Shown: piece by piece, positions 1 to 9,085 of the stretch
Layout of the letters: every line of letters starts with the position of its first letter
How positions within the stretch are numbered: the stretch's first letter is position 1
Source: Candidatus Adlerbacteria bacterium
GTDB taxonomy: Bacteria; Patescibacteriota; Minisyncoccia; Phycocordibacterales; SBAW01
Direction: 5' to 3'
NCBI GenBank assembly: GCA_903851045.1
Contig: CAINNF010000020.1
Location: 1 to 54,157 of the forward strand
DNA length: 54,157 bases
Notes under the pieces: generated by a model
Databases searched by the model: none
Told to the model about the DNA's origin: nothing
The model's input: only the letters and a program-made list of their open reading frames with translations
Made by a program: the position numbers and the translations under genes

Positions 1-1
1 C

Positions 2-1153
2 CTTACCGCTGGTTCGAGCGCCAACATTCTTCTGGGGGACGGTGCCTCATCCGGTGGCCCCACCACCGCAAAAGACACCATCGAGATTGGTAACCAGCTC
101 ACCGTACTCCCCCAAACCGCCTACGCCCAGCTCGACATCGGCAACCTGCTCTTTGGCACCGGTCTTGCCTCCACCTCGGTCATCTCAAGCGGCAGTATTG
201 GGATTGGTACCACCACACCCTACAGCCGCCTCACTGTCTGGGGACTCGATACCGCCTCTACCTCCGCCTTCGCGGTCGTCAACAGTGCTTCCACCACCGT
301 CTTCGCTGTCTATGACAATGGCAATGCTACCTACTCGGGCTCTATCTTCCAGAGTTCTGACCAGAGACTCAAGACCAACGTACTCTCCCTGGATGCCTCA
401 TCCTCGCTCGCCGCTATCGAAGGGCTCAATCCAGTCTCCTACAACCGTATCGACCAAGACACGGGCACCAACCTCGGCTTCATCGCGCAACAGGTGCAGC
501 AGCTCTTCCCATCGCTGGTCTCCACAACGTCTGCCACCGCCCTGACGCCTGATGGTACGCTCACGCTCAACTACGTGGGACTCATTGCTCCCATGGTGAA
601 GGTGATACAGACGCTGGCACAGGAGGTGACCAGTCTACACGACAGGGTTGCTTCGCTTGAGGCTGTGATGGCAGGTTTTGCGAATTCCTTTAGCTCACAC
701 ATTATACGGGGTGATACGGTCGAGGCGAATAGTCTTTGTGTCAAAAGGTCGGACGGTACTTCAGTGTGTATCACCGGTGATCAACTTTCGGCGGTGCTGT
801 CTGGCAACGCCCAACACCCCGTCGCTCAAAACCAAGACGCGACGACCATAGCATCCACCACCGAGGGGATACCCACACTCTCCATCAATGGAGACAATCC
901 AGCGGTCATCCATATCGGCGACACGTACAGCGACCTGGGTGCGGTGATTACGGGTCCGACTCCAGCAGACACGCATCTTGGTATCCATACTTTGGTGAAC
1001 GGCGCACCGACTGACCAGATATCGCTTGACACGAGCACGTCTACCACTTATTACATTACTTATGTGGCGACCAACTCGACCGGTACCGCTTCATCCACAC
1101 GGACGGTGACGGTCGAGAGTGTTGCTAGCATGATCGCAACCTCCACTCAATAA
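2..1153 (+). CDS. 5'-partial tail-fibre-like adhesin with peptidase S74 intramolecular chaperone and C-terminal DUF5011-like Ig domain
   Basis: Frame 2 is open from base 2, so the 494 start in the ORF track is internal. It encodes IGIGTTTP fibre repeats, then SSDQRLKTNV...LNPVSY...GFIAQQVQQLFPSLV...LNYVGLIAPMVKVIQ (S74 signature, SD at ~356), a coiled coil, and LSINGDNPAVIHIGDTYSDLGA (DUF5011-like). Confidence 0.85.
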   Translation, partial: LTAGSSANILLGDGASSGGPTTAKDTIEIGNQLTVLPQTAYAQLDIGNLLFGTGLASTSVISSGSIGIGTTTPYSRLTVWGLDTASTSAFAVVNSASTTVFAVYDNGNATYSGSIFQSSDQRLKTNVLSLDASSSLAAIEGLNPVSYNRIDQDTGTNLGFIAQQVQQLFPSLVSTTSATALTPDGTLTLNYVGLIAPMVKVIQTLAQEVTSLHDRVASLEAVMAGFANSFSSHIIRGDTVEANSLCVKRSDGTSVCITGDQLSAVLSGNAQHPVAQNQDATTIASTTEGIPTLSINGDNPAVIHIGDTYSDLGAVITGPTPADTHLGIHTLVNGAPTDQISLDTSTSTTYYITYVATNSTGTASSTRTVTVESVASMIATSTQ

Positions 1154-1157
1154 ACAT

Positions 1158-1631
1158 ATGACACATCCCTTGAAGAACGCACTACCATTTGTCCGACGCA
1201 ACATTCGCTGGATTATCCTTGTGTGTGTCGTTCTGCTGCTTGGTATCACTTTCGAGCTTGGTCGCTTGAGCGTCTATCGTGTGCACCCGGAGATAGCAAG
1301 CAATGAACAGGCGCAGGCGATTCTCGACCGTGTGGGAAAGTTAATCCAATTACCCACCAATGAGATACCCACGATGGCGACTATCCAGGATGCGACAAGC
1401 GCGAAGCAGGGTCAGCCGTTTCTCGCAAAGGCACAACACGGTGATGTCCTCATAGTCTACTCGAACGCAGCCGAGGCGATCCTATACCGTCCATCCACCA
1501 ACCTGCTCGTGAATGTGGGACCGGTAAGTACAAACAAATCCACAAACATGGCCGTCTCCACCGCTACGACGCCACCACCGGTAGCACCAGCCAACACCAC
1601 GAATGCAACCACGACTAAGAAGAAAAAATAG
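1158..1631 (+). CDS. Membrane-anchored hypothetical protein
   Basis: N-terminal TM helix followed by KLIQLPTNEIPTMATIQD...PFLAKAQHGDVLIVY...AILYRP. Starts 4 nt after the fibre gene. Confidence 0.75.
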   Translation: MTHPLKNALPFVRRNIRWIILVCVVLLLGITFELGRLSVYRVHPEIASNEQAQAILDRVGKLIQLPTNEIPTMATIQDATSAKQGQPFLAKAQHGDVLIVYSNAAEAILYRPSTNLLVNVGPVSTNKSTNMAVSTATTPPPVAPANTTNATTTKKKK

Positions 1632-2490
1632 TATCCATGCGCGAGTGTTGGTCATGTTGGCGCTGTTTACGGTAGCTTCGAGCACCCAGGCCGCATCAAT
1701 TTCCTCGACCCACAACTTTGCCTGGGGCAATGTTGGTGGTTGGATCAACCTCGCACCAAGCAACGGAGGAGTGTCGGTCACGGACACGGCACTGTCAGGC
1801 TATGCATGGAGCGCTAACGACGGATGGATAAACCTCTCACCATCAACTGGAGGTGTCAAGAACGATGGTGCGGGCACTCTCTCCGGCTTTGCCTGGGACA
1901 GCAGTGTTGGGTGGGTCGCCTTTTCCGGTGTGACTATCGATGCTTCCGGTCGCTTCCACGGTCAAGCGTCAGGTGCGAATGGCTATGTCATCAACTTCGA
2001 CTGCGCCCAGTGTGATGTGGAGACCGCCTGGCGCCCAACGGCAATCCCCACTCCGACCCCAGCCTTGGCTTCAAGTGGCGGTGGGGGGACGGTGTCTGGG
2101 TCGCTGGCGGTGGGGTATGTGAACAACGATGTGACCTCGTCTGTCGCAGCAGTAGCTGTGGCTACGCCGTCAGCGTCTGAGGTTGTGCCAGTTGAGTCGC
2201 CACATACGACATCAGTACCGGCGTCTGGAGCATATCCGATGTCCAATACGCAGCCGCAATCACTGCGGGAAATGGGAGGAACACAGGTGATTGCCTCCAC
2301 ATCTGTTGGCAACTCGCATCTGGGGATATCCGGCGCACCGCGTGCAATCACACATATCCCATCGAGTCAGCCGATGAGTACCCATACTGGTTTTATACAG
2401 AAACACTTCGATGCGGTGTACATGCTCGTGTCGAGCATTATCGCGTTCATTTCGAATATAGCTTCTTTGTTTAAGTGGCCGTGGAGATAG
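1603..2490 (+). CDS. Secreted protein with three (G)xAWxxxxGW[IV] repeats and a Ser/Thr/Pro-rich tail
   Basis: Signal peptide ending TQA; repeats FAWGNVGGWINL, YAWSANDGWINL and FAWDSSVGWVAF; C-terminal hydrophobic/amphipathic helix. Start codon uncertain. Confidence 0.75.
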   Translation: MQPRLRRKNSIHARVLVMLALFTVASSTQAASISSTHNFAWGNVGGWINLAPSNGGVSVTDTALSGYAWSANDGWINLSPSTGGVKNDGAGTLSGFAWDSSVGWVAFSGVTIDASGRFHGQASGANGYVINFDCAQCDVETAWRPTAIPTPTPALASSGGGGTVSGSLAVGYVNNDVTSSVAAVAVATPSASEVVPVESPHTTSVPASGAYPMSNTQPQSLREMGGTQVIASTSVGNSHLGISGAPRAITHIPSSQPMSTHTGFIQKHFDAVYMLVSSIIAFISNIASLFKWPWR

Positions 2491-2566
2491 GGCATCTCTA
2501 CCAATATTGGGAATCTGTGTCATCGTGGGTTGTTTTACAAACCGTTTTCTGCTACTGTACCTTCTA

Positions 2567-3886
2567 ATGTTCGCATTGCGATACAGCGCTGTTTTAGTTT
2601 TGGTGACCGCCATCCTGGTGGGCGCTTTTGTATACTTCACCAACCATGGCCGCTTTGCCTTTAAGCTCGGTCTCGATCTCTCGGGGGGTACTCATCTTGT
2701 CTACGATGCCGACACTGCTAAGGTCCCGGTAGGGCAGGTGCCAGACGCTATGAACGCGCTCCAGGCGGTCATCGAGCGTCGCGTGAACGCCTTCGGTGTC
2801 GGCGAGCCAGTGGTACAGACCGAGCAGGGCGGAGCGCTCGGCAACAATGGTGCCTACCGACTCATCGTCGAACTTCCCGGCGTCACCGATGTCAACCAGG
2901 CGGTCGCTATGATCGGCTCGACCCCGACGCTGGAATTCAAATTGGTGAAGCAGGGCTTCGAGGCATCGACTACGCTCGCGAACGGCGACCCGAACCCGGC
3001 TGCGTTCGATGATACTGGACTGACCGGCAAGTACCTCACCTCTGCGGCGCTCCAGTTCGGCAACGGTTCCGCGCTGCAGACGAACCCAGTCGTGTTGGTG
3101 AATTTCAATAGCGAGGGCACCAAGCTCTTCTCCGACATCACGGGTCAGAATGTCGGCCGCGAACTCGGCATCTTCCTCGACGGTAAGCTCCTTTCCGCGC
3201 CGGTCATCCAGGTCCATATCGAGAACGGTAGTGCGATCATCTCCGGTAACTTTACCGCGCAGGGGGCAAAGACGCTTGCGACCAACCTTAACCTCGGTGC
3301 GCTCCCGGTACCTATCACGCTCGCCTCGACCGAATCTATCGGCGCGACGCTCGGTGACCAAGCGACGCATGCGGGTGTGCTGGCAGGACTCGTCGGCTTT
3401 ATCGCGCTCGCGCTCTTCATGATCTTTTGGTACCGACTCCCAGGACTCGTCTCGGTGGTGTCGCTCTTCATCTACTGTGTGCTCATGCTTGCGCTCTTCA
3501 AGCTGATCCCGGTCGTTCTCACTGCGGCGGGTCTTGCCGGCTTCATCCTCTCGGTCGGTCTCGCGGTCGACGCGAACATCCTCATCGCTGAGCGTATGAA
3601 AGAAGAACTGCACGACGGGAAGGCGACCCAGCCAGCTATCCGTGACGGATTCAACCGCGCCTGGAACGCGATCCGCGACTCCAACATCGCGCACATCATC
3701 GCTGCGGTCATCCTCTTTTGGTTCGGCACGTCGCTCATCAAAGGCTTCGCGCTCGTCTTCGGGCTGGGCGTCATCGTATCACTCCTTTCGGCCATCACCA
3801 TATCGCGCACCTTCCTCTTGGCGCTCGGCATGGACGCGACCTCAGGTGTCGGGAAGTTCCTGATGCGCTCGGGGCTCAATAAATAA
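2567..3886 (+). CDS. secD: Protein translocase subunit SecD
   Basis: LGLDLSGG, IERRVNAFGVGEP, IVELPG, VDANILIAERMKEE and AIRDSN motifs. ATG 2567 is preferred over the upstream TTG at 2507. Confidence 0.97.
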   Translation: MFALRYSAVLVLVTAILVGAFVYFTNHGRFAFKLGLDLSGGTHLVYDADTAKVPVGQVPDAMNALQAVIERRVNAFGVGEPVVQTEQGGALGNNGAYRLIVELPGVTDVNQAVAMIGSTPTLEFKLVKQGFEASTTLANGDPNPAAFDDTGLTGKYLTSAALQFGNGSALQTNPVVLVNFNSEGTKLFSDITGQNVGRELGIFLDGKLLSAPVIQVHIENGSAIISGNFTAQGAKTLATNLNLGALPVPITLASTESIGATLGDQATHAGVLAGLVGFIALALFMIFWYRLPGLVSVVSLFIYCVLMLALFKLIPVVLTAAGLAGFILSVGLAVDANILIAERMKEELHDGKATQPAIRDGFNRAWNAIRDSNIAHIIAAVILFWFGTSLIKGFALVFGLGVIVSLLSAITISRTFLLALGMDATSGVGKFLMRSGLNK

Positions 3887-3889
3887 TTA

Positions 3890-3913
3890 CTTGTGGTGAG
3901 CGAAGTCGAATCC
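3890..3913. repeat. Short REP-like element in the secD-secF spacer
   Basis: cttgtggtgagcgaagtcgaatcc fills most of the 29-nt spacer and resembles small interspersed repeats I recall from CPR genomes. Single copy here. Confidence 0.35.
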
Positions 3914-3915
3914 AT

Positions 3916-4824
3916 ATGAACATCAAGCGAAATCTCAAATACTTCTTCCTTCTCCCGGCGACACTATCGCTCCTCGCGCTCTTCGCTATCGTGGTTTGGG
4001 GACTGAAGCCGGGTATCGATCTGGCAGGCGGCTCCCTTCTACAGGTGTCCTATCCTGGTGGTCGCCCACCCGTCGAGCAGGTCAACGCGCTTACCGCACA
4101 GCTCGGCCTCGGTGAGGTGCGTGTGCAGCCGATCGGCACCAATGGGTACGTGCTGCGTCAACGTGATCTCTCACCGACCGAGAAGACGCAGCTTGAGACG
4201 GTGCTCGGTGGTCTCGGTACCATCCATGAAGACCAATTCACCTCTGTCGGTCCGATACTCGGGCATGAGCTGATGCAGAAGGCATGGATAGCGCTGACGC
4301 TCGTGACGCTTGCGATCATTCTTTTCATCGCCTTTGCGTTCCGCCATGTCTCTAAGCCAGTGGAGTCGTGGAAGTATGGCGTCGTGGCGATCGTCACGCT
4401 CGTACACGACGTACTCATCCCGACCGGCCTCTTCGCGTTCCTCGGATACGTGACTGGCGCCGAAGTCGGTACGCTGTTCATCGTTGCACTACTAACGATC
4501 CTCGGTATCTCGATCAACGACACCATCGTCGTCTTCGACCGTATTCGCGAGAATCTCGCGATCAATGCTGACCGCAACCGTAAAGAGGAGTTCGACTCGG
4601 TCGTCGGCCGCTCCATCATGCAGACGCTCGCTCGCTCCATCAACACCTCGCTCACGGTCGTCATCGTACTCCTGGCGCTCTTCTTCGTTGGTCCTGCGAC
4701 GACCAAAGACTTCGCACTGACCCTGATCGTCGGTATGATAGCGGGTACCTACTCTTCGATATTCCTTGCTTCGCCGCTACTCGTGGCATGGGAGCACTGG
4801 TCACGCACACTCGCGAAAAAATAA
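3916..4824 (+). CDS. secF: Protein translocase subunit SecF
   Basis: GIDLAGGS, SVGP, LVHDV, GISINDTIVVFDRIREN, RSINTS and GTYSSIFLASP motifs. Confidence 0.97.
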   Translation: MNIKRNLKYFFLLPATLSLLALFAIVVWGLKPGIDLAGGSLLQVSYPGGRPPVEQVNALTAQLGLGEVRVQPIGTNGYVLRQRDLSPTEKTQLETVLGGLGTIHEDQFTSVGPILGHELMQKAWIALTLVTLAIILFIAFAFRHVSKPVESWKYGVVAIVTLVHDVLIPTGLFAFLGYVTGAEVGTLFIVALLTILGISINDTIVVFDRIRENLAINADRNRKEEFDSVVGRSIMQTLARSINTSLTVVIVLLALFFVGPATTKDFALTLIVGMIAGTYSSIFLASPLLVAWEHWSRTLAKK

Positions 4825-4827
4825 GCG

Positions 4828-5559
4828 ATGCGGTCGGTCGGCATTATCGGGTACGGCAGTTTTGGGGCACTGATCGAGACGCTGATACGACGATTCTCTC
4901 CTGAAACGGAGGTACGGATCTTCTCGTCACGACGCGTACCGGATGGAGAGACTTTTTTCTCGTTCGAGAACGCAGCCGCCAGTGATGTGGTCATCCCCGC
5001 AGTACCTATCCATGCATTCGAAGAGACACTGAAGCGCCTCCTCCCCCGCATGCGACCCGAGGGGGTCATCGTCGATGTGGCGACGGTCAAGGTACATACT
5101 GTAGAGGTTTTGCGTCGACTCGCGACCGACCGACCCTATGTGGCGACGCATCCGATGTTCGGCCCCGAGAGCTACGTGAAGCGGGGGAACGACGTCGCTG
5201 GTCTTCGTATCGTCATAACGGAAAGCACGCTTCCTAAGGCAGATCACCTGAAGTTGGTTGGATTTTTACGCGCGTGTGGATTCTCTGTAGTGGAGATGTC
5301 ACCGGAGGCGCACGACAAGCATCTCGCCGAGACACTGTTTCTCACTCACTTAGTGGGACAGATCATCGTGCGTGGCGAGTTTGGTCGCACCGAGATAGAC
5401 ACCGTCTCCTTCGGCTACCTCATGGACGCGGTCGAGAGCGTGAAGCATGACACCGCACTGTTCCAGGACGTCTTCAGGTATAATCCATACTGTCGGCAAG
5501 TGCTCGAGCGATTCGGCATCGCCGAACAGTCGGTGCAGGCATTACTCGAGACGAACTAA
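4828..5559 (+). CDS. Prephenate dehydrogenase (TyrA)-like protein
   Basis: Rossmann GIIGYGSFG, DVATVK, THPMFGP and HD motifs. Confidence 0.85.
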   Translation: MRSVGIIGYGSFGALIETLIRRFSPETEVRIFSSRRVPDGETFFSFENAAASDVVIPAVPIHAFEETLKRLLPRMRPEGVIVDVATVKVHTVEVLRRLATDRPYVATHPMFGPESYVKRGNDVAGLRIVITESTLPKADHLKLVGFLRACGFSVVEMSPEAHDKHLAETLFLTHLVGQIIVRGEFGRTEIDTVSFGYLMDAVESVKHDTALFQDVFRYNPYCRQVLERFGIAEQSVQALLETN

Positions 5560-5571
5560 GTCATCATCTGT

Positions 5572-6135
5572 ATGATCATCGGTATCACGGGAACGTTGGG
5601 TGCAGGGAAGGGGACGGTCACCAATTTTCTTGTTGCACACAAAGGATTTCTGCATGTTGCGGTGTCGGGGTCAGGTTTCTTACGGGATGAAGCGCGGCGA
5701 CGAGGTTTGCCGCTGGAGCGACCGATCTATCAGCAGATTGCCAACGAGTATCGAGCGAAAGGTGCGACGGGGTTGATGGAGGCGGTGTACGAGAGCGCGA
5801 AAGATGACATCATCAGTGGCGCAAACATTGTGCTCGAACCTCAGCACACTGCTGCCGAGGTTGCGTTCATAAGATCAAAAGGCGGTATCGAGCTTTCTGT
5901 CGATGCCGATCTACCCATTCGGTACGAGCGTATTCATGCGCGTGGCAGTGAGAAAGACCATGTTACCTTCGAAGAGTTTTTGGCGATTCAAACACAAGAG
6001 CTTCATTCTGACGATCCGAACAAAAATAACCTTGGTGCGGCCATTGCTTTGGCGGACTATCACCTCACCAACAACGGCACTCCGGAGGAGCTTTTTCGGC
6101 AGGTCGAAGAGGTGCTCAAAAAAGCCTTATTTTAG
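5572..6135 (+). CDS. P-loop nucleotide kinase (dephospho-CoA kinase-like)
   Basis: Walker A GTLGAGKGT, RYERIHARG lid and ADYHLTNNGT C-terminal motif. Confidence 0.8.
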   Translation: MIIGITGTLGAGKGTVTNFLVAHKGFLHVAVSGSGFLRDEARRRGLPLERPIYQQIANEYRAKGATGLMEAVYESAKDDIISGANIVLEPQHTAAEVAFIRSKGGIELSVDADLPIRYERIHARGSEKDHVTFEEFLAIQTQELHSDDPNKNNLGAAIALADYHLTNNGTPEELFRQVEEVLKKALF

Positions 6136-6160
6136 GCTATATTTTTGCACACCCAAAAGC

Positions 6161-6188
6161 TTGACTTCTGAGTGTGGGCGGCTATACT
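6161..6188 (+). promoter_or_regulatory. Sigma70-type rRNA promoter
   Basis: TTGACT-16 nt-TATACT upstream of the 16S leader. Confidence 0.75.
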
Positions 6189-6255
6189 GTGCCCTATGAC
6201 TGCTTAACGGTAGACACCCCAAAAGAGTTCGAGGGTGTCCCGCCGTAGGCGGGCT

Positions 6256-6272
6256 TGTTTTTTGAAAACTGA
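6256..6272 (+). promoter_or_regulatory. boxA-like antitermination element
   Basis: TGTTTTTTGAAAACTGA follows two leader hairpins and resembles the GTTCTTTGAAAAC boxA of rRNA leaders. Confidence 0.55.
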
Positions 6273-6302
6273 ATACAGAAATTGTAACAAGATTACATCG
6301 CG

Positions 6303-6368
6303 TCCCGCGAAGCTCGAATAGAGCGACGTGGGGCAAGCCCGCCGTCGCTCAAGCTATGGCGGGCAAGC
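6303..6368. repeat. Two tandem small palindromic elements in the 16S leader
   Basis: tcccgcgaagctcgaatagagcgacgtgggg followed by gcccgccgtcgctcaagctatggcgggcaagc. The second is 29/32 identical to 16329-16360. Confidence 0.75.
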
Positions 6369-6462
6369 AAGACACCTAAAAAATCCTTCCGATTTTCCAC
6401 CGGGAGGCTCTCCACTACTCCACGAAGAGTGAGTGGGAGAAACAGTAAAAACGAATGAATAC

Positions 6463-6494
6463 GAGAAGCGAAATTTCTCTTGTTCCGTTTTACC
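6463..6494 (+). other. 5' arm of the pre-16S processing stem (pairs with 8200-8233)
   Basis: gagaagcgaaatttctcttgttccgttttacc closely matches the reverse complement of 8200-8233 (gagaaacgaactttctcttgttccgttctttacc). Confidence 0.8.
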
Positions 6495-6550
6495 CCGAGG
6501 GTCGCGCAAGCGACATCGAGGGGTTCATCTATTGGACCTGGTAACAGGTC

Positions 6551-8010
6551 TTTAATCAGAGTTTGATCCTAGCTCAGGATGAATGCTGGCGGCGTGGATG
6601 AGTCATGCAAGTCGAACGCCCCGCAAGGGGAGTGGCAGACGAGGTAGTAATACGCAGGTACGCACCGAAGAGTCGGGCATAGCTAGCCGAAAGGCTAGGT
6701 AATTCCCGATGGTCCCTCCGGGGTAAAGTTTTTTCGCTCTTTGAGCGGCCTGCGCGGTATCAGTTAGTTGGTGAGGTAATGGCTCACCAAGACGATGACA
6801 CCTAGGGGAGCTGAGAGGCTGACCCCCACCGATAGCACTGAGACACGGGCTATACATCTACGGATGGCTGCAGACGAGAATATTCCGCAATGGGCGAAAG
6901 CCTGACGGAGCGACGCCGCGTGGTTGATGAAGTCCTTCGGGACGTAAAAACCTTTTATGGAGGAGGAAATTTTGACGTTACTCCATGAATAAGGGGCTCC
7001 TAACTCTGTGCCAGCAGGAGCGGTAATACAGAGGCCCCAAGCATTATCCGGAATCACTGGGCGTAAAGGGTGTGTAGGCGGTCGTGTTAGTCTTTCGTAA
7101 AAGCTTTTCGGCTTAACCGAGAAACTGCGGAGGAAACGGCACGACTGAGAGGTTGCGAGAGGTAAAGGGAACTCATAGTGTAGGGGTGAAATCCGTTGAT
7201 ATTATGGGGAACACCAAATGCGAAGGCACTTTACTGGCGCACACCTGACGCTGAGACACGAAAGCGTGGGAATCGAACGGGATTAGATACCCCGGTAGTC
7301 CACGCCCTAAACGATCCGAACTAGCTTTACGGAGTATCGACCCTCTGTGAGGCGTAGCTAACGCGTTAAGTTCGGCGCCTGGGTAGTACGATCGCAAGAT
7401 TAAAACTCAAAGGAATAGACGGGGACTTGCACAAGCGGTGGATCATGCGGCTCAATTCGATGGCAAACGAAAAACCTCACCAGGGCTAGACATCCAGACG
7501 AAAATCCTCAGAAACGAGGACCTTCGCAAGACGGCTGGACAGGTGATGCATGGTCGTCGTCAGTTCGTGGCTTGAGTTGTTCCCTTCAGTGGGGTAACGA
7601 ACGCAACCCTCGTTGCCTGTTTTATTAGTCAGGCGAGACTGCCCCCTCACGGGGGAGGAAGGTGAGGATGACGCCAGATCAGCATGTCCCTCTGATGCCC
7701 TGGGCTGCACGCATGATACAATGGTCAAGACAACGGGTCGCGACGGGGTAACCCTGAGCTAATCCTTATAAACTTGGCCCCAGTTCGGATTGAGGTCTGC
7801 AACTCGACCTCATGAAGCCGGAATCGCTAGTAATCGCTGGTCAGCTATACAGCGGTGAATACGTTCTCAAGTCTTGTACTCACCGCCCGTCAACTCAAGG
7901 GAGTCGGGAGTACCCGAAGCCCGCCTTACGGCGGTCCACGGTAAACTCGATGACAGGGAGTAAGTCGTAACAAGGCACGGGTAGCGGAAGCTGCTCGTGG
8001 AATAATTCAA
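6551..8010 (+). rRNA. rrs: 16S rRNA (stand-alone, no anti-SD tail)
   Basis: AGAGTTTGATCCTAGCTCAG at 6558, GGATTAGATACCC, AAACTCAAAGGAAT, AAGTCGTAACAAGG at 7962 and an h45 GGAA hairpin; ~1460 nt. Ends are approximate. Confidence 0.97.
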
Positions 8011-8236
8011 ATTGACTACGTTTTGTGCCTCAATTGAGCACAAAACTAATTGGCGATCTCATCACTTCGCAAGAAGAGATGTTAGGGATGATACTACTAA
8101 TCCTATATTGTAGTCGCTGTTCGAAAGGACGTACCTTCCATACGCGTCAGGAAGGAGATGACCTCTGTAGTATCTCTCTAAAATAGGGAGAGAACAGGAG
8201 GTAAAGAACGGAACAAGAGAAAGTTCGTTTCTCTTT

Positions 8237-8305
8237 TAGTCGACCGAAGCTCAAAGGAGCGAAGGCGACTAGGTTGGCCCTACTTCGCATACAGCTACGT
8301 AGGGT
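8237..8305. repeat. Two small palindromic elements in the 16S trailer
   Basis: tagtcgaccgaagctcaaaggagcgaaggcgacta (8237-8271) and ccctacttcgcatacagctacgtaggg (8278-8304) share the stem/internal-loop/stem design of the 6303-6368 and 9086-9118 elements. Confidence 0.6.
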
Positions 8306-8333
8306 ACGGTGTGATCTCGTTACAAAAACCAGT

Positions 8334-8354
8334 AAAACCCCTGACGGGGATTTT
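8334..8354 (+). terminator. Probable terminator of the 16S transcript
   Basis: aaaacccc-tgac-ggggatttt hairpin. Confidence 0.5.
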
Positions 8355-8374
8355 CGGCGTTACTGTGTGTATAA

Positions 8375-8404
8375 GAAAAAGACCGCCCTTTCGAGCGGCC
8401 TTTC
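8375..8404 (-). terminator. speD intrinsic terminator
   Basis: Minus strand reads ggccgctc-gaaa-gggcggtc-ttttt, 25 nt after the speD stop. Confidence 0.75.
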
Positions 8405-8429
8405 GTCACGCAGCGTCAGGCGCTGGAGA

Positions 8430-8870
8430 CTATTTGCGCAGGACACAGACGAACGAGTAGTCAGTGGCACCGAAGAACGCCCGCGCGAACTCCGCGACCA
8501 CCCACGGGTTGTAGTACTTGCAGGAGAAGATGTCGGGATACGCTGCGCCGGTTTGGTCGGCGAAGTGACCGGTGATACAAGATGTCTCGATAAGTTGGAC
8601 CAGCGAAAGTCCCGAGACCCTTGGGTCTTCGCCGAAGTTCACGACCACACAGTCACCGAAACGGTTCATGCCGATGAGCTCACAGAGCTCGATGGTGAAG
8701 CGCTCGACGGCGGCAGGGTCGCTGATCGTGCGAGGGTCGCAGTGATGGAGGTCGATGGAGGTCGACAATCCCCACGCGTCTTCTGCTTCGTACGCTGTTC
8801 GTATCGCAGTGTCGTCACGACTGGTGGCCAAGGGGTCGTCACTGTCGTATGCACCAAGCACTCGTGTCAT
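8430..8870 (-). CDS. speD: S-adenosylmethionine decarboxylase family proenzyme
   Basis: WGLSTSIDLHHC, GLSLVQLIETSCITGHF (pyruvoyl cleavage region) and DIFSCK. Start placed at ATG 8870. Confidence 0.85.
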   Translation of the reverse strand: MTRVLGAYDSDDPLATSRDDTAIRTAYEAEDAWGLSTSIDLHHCDPRTISDPAAVERFTIELCELIGMNRFGDCVVVNFGEDPRVSGLSLVQLIETSCITGHFADQTGAAYPDIFSCKYYNPWVVAEFARAFFGATDYSFVCVLRK

Positions 8871-9085
8871 CAATCCATCCTTCGTATCTTGGAGAAAAAG
8901 AACAGGTACCAGTACCAACTGGCGGTTTGTTTGCCGCTGGTAACCTGCGGTTCCAATACGGACGAAAATCAGTTTGCACCATATATACGATTAACGCAAG
9001 TTTTTTCACCGGGGGGCTGTGCATAAATGCTATTTTCTGCTACTATGGCGAGCGAAACTCACTAGTGTGGGCTTCTGCGGGTTTA

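Noticed and set aside
42..545. Pro/Ser-rich 167-aa ORF
   Set aside because: Alternative frame of the S74 fibre gene.
6603..7728. Several short minus-strand ORFs
   Set aside because: They lie within the 16S rRNA gene.
6551..8010. Intron in the 16S gene, as is common in CPR
   Set aside because: Length is ~1460 nt with conserved landmarks at normal spacing.
8274..9026. 250-aa plus-strand ORF
   Set aside because: Antisense to speD and runs through terminators and repeats.
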